Counted from the first letter of the stretch, positions 15,053 through 25,274 are shown. The stretch: DNA of 32,000 bases from an uncultured bacterium (GCA_963699255.1 OY969425.1:1530001-1562000); one strand, 5' to 3'. Numbers and translations: made by a program. Notes: generated by a model from the sequence alone, not told the origin.

Positions 15053-15514
15053 CTAACTCTTAATTTCCTTGATATGGCTTTCGACAAGGTCGATGAAGGC
15101 CTGAGCCTGTTCGGGGGTAAGGTTGCTTTCAAGAAGATCGGCCAGCGCTTCCCAGGCTTCCGCTTCTTCCATCAGCTCTTTGTTGCTCTTTATCTCATCA
15201 AGCACCGCGTCTATCTCTTTCTGCATCCTCTTGTTAACTTCTTCCATCGCGGCCTCGGGATTCGTCATTCCCGTTTCCTCTATGGCGCGCTCGATTATGT
15301 CTCCCATCGAAAGCTCTCTCTCTTTCGCTTCCATCGCCAGAGCCGCGAAACGGACAGCCATCGCGTGGGAATCAAGGGCCTGTAATCCTTTTTCGCCGCC
15401 TTTGGTCGGCGTGGGCAGGGCAGGGCGCGTGGTTTCTGTCCTTTCCTCTTTCTTCGGAGGGACCGGCGGTACTGCCGGAGGGGTAATGCCTGAAGGCGGT
15501 ATATTGATTCCCAT
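15053..15514 (-). CDS. hypothetical protein (Pro-rich N-terminus, acidic helical C-terminus)
   Basis: 153 aa. An SD (GAGGT) and a TATAAT box (15532-15537) lie upstream. Its 3' end is duplicated at 10743-10788. Confidence 0.6.
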   Translation of the reverse strand: MGINIPPSGITPPAVPPVPPKKEERTETTRPALPTPTKGGEKGLQALDSHAMAVRFAALAMEAKERELSMGDIIERAIEETGMTNPEAAMEEVNKRMQKEIDAVLDEIKSNKELMEEAEAWEALADLLESNLTPEQAQAFIDLVESHIKEIKS

Positions 15515-15599
15515 GGTTTTACCTCGGGGAGATTATATATAAATATGTTGCCGAAGGCAACACCTTAATTGGTCATTGTGTAATTGTTAATTGTTAATT

Positions 15600-15803
15600 T
15601 TAAAGGTCGCCTTTTATGACGGTTTTTACTAGCAGCTTGGAGAGGTTCGCTATTGCCGAATCCGGGAGTTTTTTCCCGATGTCATCGTCCTTCAGGATCT
15701 GTTTTGTCGCATCCAGAAGGTCCTGCATCGTGTATGTCTTTTTCCCGCCTTCGCCCTGGTTTTGGCCGCGTGACGCGGGGGCCTGTTGATATGATTTGCT
15801 CAT
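15600..15803 (-). CDS. hypothetical small protein, translationally coupled to smpB
   Basis: 67 aa. Its ATG overlaps the smpB stop (ATGA at 15800-15803). Confidence 0.45.
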   Translation of the reverse strand: MSKSYQQAPASRGQNQGEGGKKTYTMQDLLDATKQILKDDDIGKKLPDSAIANLSKLLVKTVIKGDL

Positions 15804-16267
15804 TTTTTCTTCTGCCTGTCCGCGAAAGCTCTCTCTACCTCCCGCGCCGCTTCTTTTTTCTTGATCTTTTCCCTCTTCTCATACTCTTTCTTGGATTTCG
15901 CGAGCGCAAGGTCGACTTTCACCCAGTTATCCATCAAGTATAGCTTAAGGGGAATTAAAGTTAAACCTTTTTCTTGAACGCGCCCGATCAGCTTCTTCAT
16001 CTCGCCCTTGTTCAGCAGGAGCTTGCGCTCCCTTATCGGGTTCAGGTTGTAACGCCCTCCCTGCTCATAGGGGCTTATGTGCATGTTGTAAAGCCAGATC
16101 TCGCCGTTCTCCACCCGGCCGAAACTGTCCTTGAGGTTCGCTTTTCCCAGCCGTATCGATTTAACTTCCGTGCCCTTAAGGGCTATTCCCGCCTGGAATG
16201 TTTCCAGTACCGTGTAGTCGAAGAACGCTTTGCGGTTTTCTGCCAGGACCTTTTTATAGCGCGGCAT
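15800..16267 (-). CDS. smpB: SsrA-binding protein
   Basis: 155 aa. ..[38 protein letters not shown]......[14 protein letters not shown]...N..P.R.RKLLL...E..KL is a typical SmpB sequence. Confidence 0.9.
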   Translation of the reverse strand: MPRYKKVLAENRKAFFDYTVLETFQAGIALKGTEVKSIRLGKANLKDSFGRVENGEIWLYNMHISPYEQGGRYNLNPIRERKLLLNKGEMKKLIGRVQEKGLTLIPLKLYLMDNWVKVDLALAKSKKEYEKREKIKKKEAAREVERAFADRQKKK

Positions 16268-16276
16268 AGTTGATGA

Positions 16277-16305
16277 AATATATCACACAAGGAAAGGCAG
16301 TTCAA
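16277..16305 (-). promoter_or_regulatory. candidate promoter TTGAAC-17-TATATT, with the -10 box 9 nt upstream of the smpB ATG; no SD
   Basis: The reverse strand reads TTGAACTGCCTTTCCTTGTGTGATATATTTCATCAACTATG. Confidence 0.4.
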
Positions 16306-16330
16306 TTGAGGGAGGTTGAGGGTAGGGGCC

Positions 16331-16500
16331 AATACAAACACATAACACAAAAGGCATTTCATTCTTACTTTCTTTTGCTTGACCAAAATAAAGTAACAAA
16401 GAAAACTCAAGCGTTTCTAACGAGCTAATTGCTTCGTCCTATAATATTCGCAGCCCTAGAAACGCGTTTTGGTCTTGCTGATAAGCCTCATTATTAAAAC
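16331..16500 (+). repeat. intergenic repeat upstream of smpB, with a related copy upstream of dapB (17407-17650)
   Basis: Shared blocks: AAAAGGCATTTCATTCTTACTTTCTTTTGCTTGAC vs CAAAATGCATTTTCTTCTTACTTTCTTTGTCTTGAC, and ATTCGCAGCCCTAGAAACGCGTTTTGGTCTTGCTGATAAGCC vs ATTCGCAGCGTTAGAAACGCATTTTGGTCTTGTTGTAAGCC. Confidence 0.75.
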
Positions 16501-16575
16501 CTTTAAAGATAAATACATATTGGAGAGTAGCAAAGCGTTGTCCGCCTTAGGCGGGCAAATGTCGACCAGAAACAA

Positions 16576-17376
16576 CTAACTCAGAAGGTGCTCCAAACCA
16601 TATACAAGACCTTTAAGATTGCTGACTTTTCGAATGCCCATTATCACGCCCGGCATGAACGATTCCCTGGAAAGCGAGTCGTGCCTTATGGTAAGCGTTT
16701 GCCCGAGACCTCCGAAAATGACCTCCTGGTGAGCCACAAGTCCGGGCAGCCGCACGCTGTGTATGTGTATCCCGTTCAGGTCACCGCCGCGCGCCCCGTC
16801 AAGCTTCTCGATCTCAGCCGCCTTGCCTTTTTCTATCCCTTTCGCCGCTTCGGACTGCAGGATCAGTTCGGCCGTCTTTATCGCTGTTCCGGAAGGGGAG
16901 TCGGCCTTGTTCTCGTTGTGCATCTCGATTATTTCCACGTTCGGCATGTATTTGGCGGCCGTTTTTGAGAACAGCATCATCAGGACGGCGCCTATCGCGA
17001 AATTCGGGGCCACAAGGCAATTGACCTTGTTGGCCGCGCAGAGCTTCTCTATCTCTTTCAAGTTCTCTTCAGTTATACCCGTTGTGCCTATGACGGCATG
17101 GACCCTGGACCCGAGTATCGTCCTTGTGTTGATCATCGCAAGATTGGGATGAGTGAAATCTACGGCGATGTCCGGTCTCGAATCTTTTATGGCGGATTTA
17201 AGGTCCTTTGATATTTCCACTCCTAGGGGTTTTATGCCCGCGTTGACGCCCGCGTCGATCCCAACCTGGACGATATCCACCGCCGCGACAAGCTTCATAT
17301 CGGCTTCTTTCGCAACGGCCTTTACGACCTCTCTGCCCACTTTTCCCGACGCGCCGCTTATTAATACCTTTATCAT
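16576..17376 (-). CDS. dapB: 4-hydroxy-tetrahydrodipicolinate reductase
   Basis: 266 aa with MIKVLISGASGKVGREV (NAD(P) binding) and EMHNENKADSPSGTA (the E-x-H-H/N-x-x-K-x-D-x-PSGTA motif). Confidence 0.9.
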   Translation of the reverse strand: MIKVLISGASGKVGREVVKAVAKEADMKLVAAVDIVQVGIDAGVNAGIKPLGVEISKDLKSAIKDSRPDIAVDFTHPNLAMINTRTILGSRVHAVIGTTGITEENLKEIEKLCAANKVNCLVAPNFAIGAVLMMLFSKTAAKYMPNVEIIEMHNENKADSPSGTAIKTAELILQSEAAKGIEKGKAAEIEKLDGARGGDLNGIHIHSVRLPGLVAHQEVIFGGLGQTLTIRHDSLSRESFMPGVIMGIRKVSNLKGLVYGLEHLLS

Positions 17377-17385
17377 AGTGGGGCA

Positions 17386-17414
17386 ATTATAACAAATATC
17401 CGTTTCAATACAAA
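17386..17414 (-). promoter_or_regulatory. candidate promoter with TATAAT 9 nt upstream of the dapB ATG; no SD
   Basis: The reverse strand reads TATAATTGCCCCACTATG. A weak -35 (TTGTAT/TTTGTA) sits at 16-17 nt spacing. Confidence 0.4.
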
Positions 17415-17650
17415 TGCAATAAGAGGCGGATTCTTTATATAAAAAAGCAACACAAAATGCATTTTCTTCTTACTTTCTTTGTCTTGACACTTTTTATGTG
17501 GTTGCTATTTCTTGTCGACAGTTGAGGGGCAAGCCCCTCAACGCCCCGACTTTGTCGGGGCTACTCCCCAACGTTCACTTATCTTTTTGTAAATTATTCG
17601 CAGCGTTAGAAACGCATTTTGGTCTTGTTGTAAGCCTAAACTCATAAAAC
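17407..17650 (+). repeat. intergenic repeat upstream of dapB (second copy of 16331-16500), with a different central segment that carries the twin-hairpin module 17514-17573
   Basis: See the alignment blocks under 16331-16500. The central 61 nt of copy 1 is replaced here by about 107 nt. Confidence 0.75.
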
Positions 17651-17681
17651 AAAAGTAAATGCATTTTTTGCTTTTGTATTT

Positions 17682-17879
17682 ATGTTTTTATCTGATTTCG
17701 GATTTAATTCCCTTTCCTTGCGAGCAACTGTTTGAAGCCGCGAGCCTGAAGGGCGAGTCGGCTGAGTTTTGCGAGCTGAAAGGGGGATACATAAGGGGAT
17801 TCTCCCCTTATGCCAGCTTTCTTTGTCCTACTTTCTTTTCTGGCAAAAGAAAGTAGGAAAGAGCGGATTCTGTATTAAG
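17682..17879 (-). repeat. dispersed multi-hairpin repeat, copy B (inverted relative to 4955-5151)
   Basis: The reverse complement aligns with copy A from CTTAATACA to AAACAT. Confidence 0.8.
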
Positions 17880-17958
17880 TCTTTTAAGGCTATAGAAGTA
17901 AGAAAGACTCTTGAGTGTTGACCCCCTTCATTATAAGATATACATGGAGGTGACCATC

Positions 17959-18243
17959 ATGATGTCAGAAATACCGTTGAATTTATCGAAAGTAAGGAAA
18001 GAGGACCTGGATAAGGAAATATGCAGGGTAGGGATGATAGCGGAACTTGACGCCGTGAACCTTTACGAGCAGATGGCCGCGATGACCGAGAACGGCAGCA
18101 TCAGGAAGATGCTCCTTGATATCGCCAAGGAAGAAAAAACGCACCTGGGAGAATTCCAGACCCTGCTTCTGATGGAGGACAAACAGCAGGAAAAAGAGCT
18201 GGAAGCCGGCAAGAAAGAAGTCCTGGACGAGCTGAAAAAGTAG
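17959..18243 (+). CDS. small ferritin-like / rubrerythrin-superfamily protein (EncFtn-like motif)
   Basis: The ATG at 17959 follows GGAGGTG. AELDAVNLYEQMA......IRKMLLDIAKEEKTHLGEFQTLLL matches the E..A...Y / EE..H.GE di-iron pattern. Confidence 0.65.
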   Translation: MMSEIPLNLSKVRKEDLDKEICRVGMIAELDAVNLYEQMAAMTENGSIRKMLLDIAKEEKTHLGEFQTLLLMEDKQQEKELEAGKKEVLDELKK

Positions 18244-18246
18244 AAG

Positions 18247-18699
18247 CTAAACTCCGGTGTGGCCGAACCCGCCGGTGCTCCTTGAGGTTTCGCTCAGGTC
18301 GGTGACGGCCTCGATATCGGCCTGCTCCACTTTATTGATGACCATCTGAGCTACGCGGTCCCCGCGCTTTATCTTGAAAGCCTCTTTGCCCAGATTGATA
18401 AGTATTACGCCTACTTCGCCGCGGTAATCCTCATCGATGGTTCCGGGCGTGTTCAGGACGGATATCCCGTTCTTTATCGCCAGCCCCGATCTCGGGCGTA
18501 CCTGCGCTTCATAGCCGACTGGAAGGGCCATCTTGAACCCGGTCGGGACAAGCGCTCTGTCGCCCGGGTTCAGCACGACCTCGTTCTCCACGGCCGCGTA
18601 AATGTCCATTCCGGAAGCCGCGTGGCTCATGTATTTTGGAAGCGGCACGCCTTCCCCGTGCGGAAGCCTTAAGAATTTGACCTGAAGTTTTTTGCTCAT
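18247..18699 (-). CDS. dut: dUTP diphosphatase
   Basis: 150 aa with SGMDIYA, RPRSGLA, GTIDEDYRGEVGVILIN and GGFGHTG motifs. Confidence 0.9.
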   Translation of the reverse strand: MSKKLQVKFLRLPHGEGVPLPKYMSHAASGMDIYAAVENEVVLNPGDRALVPTGFKMALPVGYEAQVRPRSGLAIKNGISVLNTPGTIDEDYRGEVGVILINLGKEAFKIKRGDRVAQMVINKVEQADIEAVTDLSETSRSTGGFGHTGV

Positions 18700-19953
18700 A
18701 CTATCGGCAGCTCCTTTTCCGTAATGTCGCCTATCACCGTCAGCGTAAGGTATTCATCCCTGATGTACTTGTTCGCCGCGGCCATTATATCATCAAGGGT
18801 TATCCTGTCGACTTTATCGAATATCTCGTCTATCGTGATGATCCTGCCGTAATAGAACTGACACCTCGCAAGGTATGACATCCGGCTGGATGTTGCTTCC
18901 AGTCCCAGGACAAGGGATCCTTTGAGATGCTCCTTGGACCTCTCCATTTCCTCTTTTGTTATCCCGTTCTTCTTTATCTTTTTGAAATTCTTCCATCGTC
19001 AGGTCCACCACTTTGTTCAGGTTCTCCTTGCTCGTCCCGGCATATACCACGTAAAGCCCGCAGTCTTTCAGCGCGCCGTTATATGAATATATAGCGTAAG
19101 CAAGCCCTCTCTTTTCCCTTATTTCCTGGAAGAGGCGCGAGCTCATGCTTCCGCCGATGACGGTATCAAGCACCGAGAAAGCGTACCTGTCCTCATCAAG
19201 CTGCGAAGGCCCGGTGGTGCCCAGGCACATGTGCACCTGTTCGGTCTTTTTGTGCTTCAGTTTGACGGCTTTGTTTATCGTCGGACGGGTCTTTTCCATT
19301 GACGGGAGCTTGCCGCGCATCGCGGAAAAAGCGGGCCCGACAAGTTCCACGGCTTTTTCGTGTTCTATGTTCCCCGCCAGGGCCACGATGATGTTGTCGG
19401 GCGAATAGAATTCTTTAATGTAGTCGATCATGTTCTCTCTTCCGATCGACCTCACGCTTTTTTCATTCCCTATCGTGGACCGTCCCAGCGGATGCCCTTT
19501 ATAAATGGTCTCGGTGAAGAAGTCGTGGATAAGCTCGTCGGGTGTATCCTCGTACATTTTTATCTCTTCCACGATAACGCCTTTTTCAAGCTCGATCTCC
19601 TTGCTGTCGTAAACGGAATTAAGGAAAATGTCGGACAGCACATCCGTCGCTACGGGGATATGCTTGTCCAGAGTGACCGCGTAGTAAGTGGTCAGCTCCT
19701 TGCTGGTGTAGGCGTTCATCTTGCCTCCCACGGCATCAAGCTCCGAGGCGATGTCAAAGGCCGATCTTTTTTTTGTCCCCTTGAAAGCCATGTGCTCTAT
19801 GAAATGCGAGATACCGGCTATTGTGTCTGTTTCAAGCCCGGACCCGGCTCCCACCACTATGCCCATCGCGACCGAGCGGACGTCGCTCATTGTCTCCGTT
19901 AAAAGTTTTACTCCGTTTTCGAGGACTGTGATCTTATGTTCCGGTATAGCCAT
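18696..19953 (-). pseudogene. M16 (pitrilysin/insulinase) family zinc peptidase, split by a +1 frameshift in a 5-nt homopolymer (T5 on the plus strand, 18979-18983), or a sequencing error
   Basis: HFIEHMAFKGT is the HxxEH motif. Track ORFs 18814..19953 and 18696..18947 join to ..MEEFQK/IKKNGITKEEMERSKEHLKGSLVLGLE.. if one A of CAAAAAG is removed. The 1258-nt length is 3n+1. Confidence 0.8.
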
Positions 19954-20551
19954 ATAGTTTATGCTCCTTTATATATTCGATGACTTTTTTATCCAGCAGT
20001 CTTGCCGGAATGGCCCCTCTTTTTATCGATTCCCTTATCTTTGTGGATGATACGTTCATCTTTACCTCTATCAGGTGTATCGTGTCAGCATGAAGCTTCA
20101 CCGGCGGGAATTTCAGGATCCTGCGCATCGTCCTTATCTTCGCTCCCGGCCTGGTGGCCACTATGAACTGGCATATCTTGAACAGCTCCATGGGCTTTTT
20201 CCAGGTAAGGATCTCGTTGATGGAATCCATTCCCATTATGTAATAAAGCCGGGCGCTGCCCCTGTATTCCTTTTTAAGCGCGTTAAAAGTGTCCACCGCG
20301 TAAGAATAGCCGGGCCTGTCAAGCTCCACTCTTGATATGATGAAGTTCTTATGTCCCGCTATCGCCAGCTTCACCATCCTGAACCTGTGTTCCTTTGGAG
20401 CTATGTATTCGCTTGTCTTATGCGGCGGTGTTCCCGAAGGCACGAAGATCACCTTGCCCAGGCGGTATTGTTTTTTTGCGGCTTTCGCTATGGCGATGTG
20501 CCCCTTGTGCACGGGGTTAAAGGTCCCGCCCATTATTCCGATCTTCTGCAA
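19934..20551 (-). CDS. nadD: nicotinate-nucleotide adenylyltransferase
   Basis: 205 aa with GIMGGTFNPVHKGH and a C-terminal SSTKIR motif. Confidence 0.9.
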   Translation of the reverse strand: MQKIGIMGGTFNPVHKGHIAIAKAAKKQYRLGKVIFVPSGTPPHKTSEYIAPKEHRFRMVKLAIAGHKNFIISRVELDRPGYSYAVDTFNALKKEYRGSARLYYIMGMDSINEILTWKKPMELFKICQFIVATRPGAKIRTMRRILKFPPVKLHADTIHLIEVKMNVSSTKIRESIKRGAIPARLLDKKVIEYIKEHKLYGYTGT

Positions 20552-20552
20552 T

Positions 20553-21800
20553 CTATTTCCTTATCTGACCGTTGCCGATCACGATGTATTTGTAAGAGGT
20601 AAGCTCGGCCAGGCCCATGGGCCCTCTCGCGTGGAGCTTCTGGGTGGATATCCCTATTTCGGCGCCGAACCCGAATTCCCATCCGTCGGTGAAGCGGGTG
20701 GACGCGTTCACGTAGACCGCCGCGGCGTCCACTTCGTCCGTGAACCTTTTCGCGGCCGCCTTGTCGCGGGTAATTATGGCTTCGGAATGCCTTGTCCCGT
20801 AAGTATTGATGTGTTCTATCGCTTCGCCGGTCCCGGAGACCACTTTAACCGCCAGTATCAGCGCCAGATATTCAGTTCTCCAGTCCGCTTCGGTCGCCGG
20901 TTTTATCGACTGATCGATGGCCCTGGCTTTTTCGTCGCCGCGAAGCTCAACATGGGCTTCTTTCAGGCGCTTGAAAACGAGCGGAAGGAATTCTTTCGCT
21001 ATCGCTTCGTCCACGAGCAGCGTTTCTATCGCGTTGCAGACCGAAGGCCTGCTCACTTTCGCGTTGTAAACTATCTCCACGGCTTTCTTCAGGTCGGCGG
21101 TCTTTTCGACGTAGGCGTGGCAGTTGCCTTCGCCGGTCTGGATGACGGGTATCGTGGAGTTCTCGATGGTGTGTTTTATCAGTCCCGCTCCGCCCCGTGG
21201 TATTATCACATCAATGAAATGATTCAACTTAAGCAGCTCGGTCACGGATTCCCTGTCCGTGCTTTCGATAAGGCTTATGGCTCCTTCAGGAACACCCGCT
21301 TTACCAGCCGCTTCCGATATCAGTTTCACGAGTATCTTGTTCGAGTTTATCGCGTCGGAACCGCCCCGTAAAATCACGGCGTTGCCGGCTTTAAGACACA
21401 GAGCGGCGGAATCAACGGTCACGTTTGGACGCGCTTCATATATAATGCCTATAACACCCAGCGGCACTCTTTTCTTTGCGATATTCAGGCCGTTAGGCCT
21501 GGTCCATTTCGCTATTATCCTTCCTATCGGGTCCGGAAGTTTCCTGACGATCTCCAGGCCTTCGATGATCTCTTCGATCCTTTCTCCGTCAAGGGAGAGC
21601 CTGTCGATGAGCGCCTTGCCGACGTTCTTCTTGTATGCCGACTCCATGTCAAGGCTGTTCGCGTCGATGATATCCTTTGCGCCCGAGCTTATGGCTTTTG
21701 ACATTTCGTCCAGCGCCTTGTTCTTTATGTCAGCGCTTAAATTGGCCAGCCTGTAAGAAGCCTCTTTCGCCAGCCGCGCTTTTTCTATTACCTCACTCAT
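20553..21800 (-). CDS. proA: glutamate-5-semialdehyde dehydrogenase
   Basis: 415 aa; aldehyde dehydrogenase-like with a ProA-typical sequence (..PLGVIGIIYEARPNVT.., ..NASTRFTDG..FG.GAE.GIST.KLHARGP). The gene follows proB with a 4-nt overlap. Confidence 0.9.
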   Translation of the reverse strand: MSEVIEKARLAKEASYRLANLSADIKNKALDEMSKAISSGAKDIIDANSLDMESAYKKNVGKALIDRLSLDGERIEEIIEGLEIVRKLPDPIGRIIAKWTRPNGLNIAKKRVPLGVIGIIYEARPNVTVDSAALCLKAGNAVILRGGSDAINSNKILVKLISEAAGKAGVPEGAISLIESTDRESVTELLKLNHFIDVIIPRGGAGLIKHTIENSTIPVIQTGEGNCHAYVEKTADLKKAVEIVYNAKVSRPSVCNAIETLLVDEAIAKEFLPLVFKRLKEAHVELRGDEKARAIDQSIKPATEADWRTEYLALILAVKVVSGTGEAIEHINTYGTRHSEAIITRDKAAAKRFTDEVDAAAVYVNASTRFTDGWEFGFGAEIGISTQKLHARGPMGLAELTSYKYIVIGNGQIRK

Positions 21801-22933
21801 TGTTCAGTTCCCTGTTCGCCTATGGCGGACTTTTCCATCAGGACAAGATTGTCCCTGTGGATGACCTCGTCCACGTATTCTATTCCGAGCACTTCCGATA
21901 TCTTGTCGGACCTGAGCCCGGTTATCTTTTTAAGGTTGTCGCTGTTGTAATTCACAAGCCCGCGCGCTATCTCCAGCCCGGCCTCGTTCTTTACGGATAC
22001 CGCTTCACCCAGGTCGAATTTCCCCGATATTTCCCTTATGCCGACGGGCAGTAGGCTCTTGTTGCCTTTTATGAGCGCCGTTTCCGCTCCGCCGTCGATC
22101 ACCAGCGTCCCTTTTACTTTAAGGCCGTGCGCCAGCCAGCGCTTACGCGATTCCAGGTGCGAGATCTTCGACCTGAAGATGGTCCCGACCTTGCCGCCCG
22201 CGATGATCTTATCAACTACGCCGGGAGTCCTGCCGTTGGCTATCGCCGCCTCTACACCGGCATCGGAGCATATCTCCGCCGCCTGGATCTTTGTTATCAT
22301 CCCTCCCACGCCCATCTGCGTTGATGGGTGTCCGGCCGCGTCCCTAACTTCCTGTGTTATTTCTTTTATCTCATTGACGACCTGGAGCTCCCCGTCCTCG
22401 TCGGGCATCATGAAACCGTCAACATCTGTCAGCATCACCAGAAGGTCGGCGCCTATCAGGCTCGCGACAAGGGCTGACAGGGTGTCGTTGTCTCCGATCT
22501 TTATCTCTTCAACGGACACCGTATCGTTCTCGTTCACTATCGGGACAACGCCCATTTCAAGAAGCTTCGAGATGGTATTCCTTGTGTTCAGATAGCGCTG
22601 CCTGTCGGAAACCTCGTCCCTTGTAAGAAGGATCTGGGCCACCGTAAGGCCGTGTTCGCCGAACGCCCTGGAGTATTCCATCATCAGAAGGCTCTGCCCC
22701 ACGGCCGCCGCCGCCTGGCTTTCTGGTATTGACCTTGGTTTTTTCTTGAACTTCAGGCGGTCCGATCCGGTCACTATCGCTCCGGAAGTGACGACGGTTA
22801 TCTTTTTTTTCGATCTGACAAGTTCGGCGAGCTCGCCGGCGATACGTTTCAAATTGGCCGTGTCAAGGTTGCCGTCCTTGTTCGTCAGGGTGGAGCTGCC
22901 TATCTTTACGACTATGTTCTTGAATTTGCTCAT
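21797..22933 (-). CDS. proB: glutamate 5-kinase with C-terminal PUA domain
   Basis: 378 aa. VVKIGSS.LT...G, VTSGA and NENDTV..EEIK.GDNDTLSALVA motifs; the PUA-like tail reads G.L.IDGGA..AL...KSLLP.G. Confidence 0.9.
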   Translation of the reverse strand: MSKFKNIVVKIGSSTLTNKDGNLDTANLKRIAGELAELVRSKKKITVVTSGAIVTGSDRLKFKKKPRSIPESQAAAAVGQSLLMMEYSRAFGEHGLTVAQILLTRDEVSDRQRYLNTRNTISKLLEMGVVPIVNENDTVSVEEIKIGDNDTLSALVASLIGADLLVMLTDVDGFMMPDEDGELQVVNEIKEITQEVRDAAGHPSTQMGVGGMITKIQAAEICSDAGVEAAIANGRTPGVVDKIIAGGKVGTIFRSKISHLESRKRWLAHGLKVKGTLVIDGGAETALIKGNKSLLPVGIREISGKFDLGEAVSVKNEAGLEIARGLVNYNSDNLKKITGLRSDKISEVLGIEYVDEVIHRDNLVLMEKSAIGEQGTEQ

Positions 22934-22942
22934 GGTGGAGTG

Positions 22943-22971
22943 ATTATAGTTTAAAGCGGGAAACTAGTCTA
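22943..22971 (-). promoter_or_regulatory. candidate promoter TAGACT-17-TATAAT, with the -10 box 9 nt upstream of the proB ATG; no SD
   Basis: The reverse strand reads TATAATCACTCCACCATG. Confidence 0.4.
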
Positions 22972-23079
22972 GTGGCGGCGATGCTCGTCTGGATGCTCGA
23001 TTATCGAGGTTTAATGAAGAATTTTTTCAAATTTCGATTTCGAACTTCGTGACGAGCTTCGATGCCGACAGCCGAAAAC

Positions 23080-24069
<990 letters not shown>

Positions 24070-24306
24070 TTAGGGGATCACGCTGACTCTGGAGCCTTGA
24101 AAAAGGATCTTTCCGGCAGCTTTCGCGAAGAGGGTATCGTCGCGCCCCAGCCCGACGTTCTTGCCGGGCATGAATTTTGTCCCGCGCTGCCTCAGTATCA
24201 CGCTGCCCGCGGTCACCAGCTGTCCGCCGAAAGTTTTTATCCCGAGCCTCTGCGCGTTCGAGTCGCGCCCGTTGCCTGTTGATCCGCCGCCTTTTTTATG
24301 CGCCAT
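24070..24306 (-). CDS. rpmA: 50S ribosomal protein L27
   Basis: [49 protein letters not shown]. Confidence 0.95.
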   Translation of the reverse strand: MAHKKGGGSTGNGRDSNAQRLGIKTFGGQLVTAGSVILRQRGTKFMPGKNVGLGRDDTLFAKAAGKILFQGSRVSVIP

Positions 24307-24309
24307 CTG

Positions 24310-24627
24310 TTATTCTCCCTTTATTGATTCTATCTTGACCCTGGTGTATGTCTGCCTGTGGCCAAGCGTCCTGTGATAGTTCGTTTTTCTTTTAAATTTG
24401 AAAGCGGTTACTTTTTTGTCCTTGGCGATAGAGAGGACCTTGCCTTCTACCGTGGCATCCTTTACGTATGGGGATCCGACTTCAAGCGAGCCTTTCTTAT
24501 TGAGGAGGAGCACCTTTTCAAATGAGACGGCGTCGCCCGCTTTCTTATCCGAAAGAAGCTCGACGTCCAGCTCGGAACCCTTTTCAACCTTGTATTGTTT
24601 CCCGCCTGTTTCTATTATTGCGTACAT
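24310..24627 (-). CDS. rplU: 50S ribosomal protein L21
   Basis: MYAIIETGGKQYKVEKG... I chose the start at 24627 (M19 of the track ORF) because it gives the canonical L21 N-terminus and sits just downstream of a consensus promoter. Confidence 0.9.
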   Translation of the reverse strand: MYAIIETGGKQYKVEKGSELDVELLSDKKAGDAVSFEKVLLLNKKGSLEVGSPYVKDATVEGKVLSIAKDKKVTAFKFKRKTNYHRTLGHRQTYTRVKIESIKGE

Positions 24628-24636
24628 AGAACGTGC

Positions 24637-24665
24637 ATTATACATAAATGAGGCCGTTATGTCAA
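24637..24665 (-). promoter_or_regulatory. consensus sigma70-type promoter TTGACA-17-TATAAT, with the -10 box 9 nt upstream of the rplU ATG; no SD
   Basis: The reverse strand reads TTGACATAACGGCCTCATTTATGTATAATGCACGTTCTATG. Confidence 0.65.
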
Positions 24666-24687
24666 CGGCGGTAAACCTCACCCCCGA

Positions 24688-24712
24688 CCCCTCTCCTTAC
24701 TAAGGAGAGGGG
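24688..24712 (-). terminator. strong hairpin CCCCTCTCCTTA-C-TAAGGAGAGGGG downstream of yajQ (no clear U-tract)
   Basis: A perfect 12-nt dyad about 60 nt past the yajQ stop and upstream of the rplU -35 box. Confidence 0.4.
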
Positions 24713-24770
24713 AGCAATTACGTATGTTGCAGTAGATCATGAAACCGACAGACTCCGGGGTGAGGTGATA

Positions 24771-25265
24771 TTACCTGAAGTTTATGAACTGAAGCTCTAT
24801 GTCCAGGTTCGCGGCCCTTAGCGCCTGTATGACGGACTGGAGGTCGTCCTTGCTTTTGCTTGAGACCCTTATCTGGTCGCCCTGGATCTGCGACTGGACC
24901 TTCAGCTTTTTCTCCTTGATCATGGTGTTTATCTGCTTGGCTTTTTCCTGCGGGATGCCCTGCTTCAGGTTTATCTCCTGCTTCACGCTGCCCCCCAGTG
25001 AAGACTCGACTTTCCCGTAGTCCAGGAATTTCAGCGAAATTCCGCGCTTGATGAGCTTATTCTGGAGGATATCGATCACGTTCTTAAGCTTGAATTCGTC
25101 ATCGGAGACGACGGCGATCTTCTTGTTCTCCTCGTTCTTTATGGAGCTGACGCTGCCCTTAAAATCGAACCTCTGGGATATCTCCTTCATGGACATGTTT
25201 ATCGCGTTGTCCAGCTCCTGGAGATCGATCTTTGAAACTATATCAAATGAGAATTCCTGCGCCAT
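24771..25265 (-). CDS. yajQ: YajQ family (UPF0234/DUF520) nucleotide-binding protein
   Basis: 164 aa. [33 protein letters not shown] is the typical YajQ N-terminus. An AGGAG SD is present. Confidence 0.85.
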   Translation of the reverse strand: MAQEFSFDIVSKIDLQELDNAINMSMKEISQRFDFKGSVSSIKNEENKKIAVVSDDEFKLKNVIDILQNKLIKRGISLKFLDYGKVESSLGGSVKQEINLKQGIPQEKAKQINTMIKEKKLKVQSQIQGDQIRVSSKSKDDLQSVIQALRAANLDIELQFINFR

Positions 25266-25274
25266 ATAGAGCTC

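Noticed and set aside
16530-16560. Hairpin TTGTCCGCC-TTA-GGCGGGCAA downstream of dapB, considered as a terminator (also GTTGCCGAAGGCAAC at 15547-15561)
   Set aside because: The stems are short with minimal loops and no convincing U-tract on the minus strand. They may be weak terminators, but I cannot support a call.
17659-17856. 65-aa plus-strand ORF, together with similar ORFs at 4917..5141, 5166..5441 and 5169..5372
   Set aside because: All lie within the mosaic hairpin repeats. The equivalent repeat copy occurs in the opposite orientation elsewhere, and no start signals are present.
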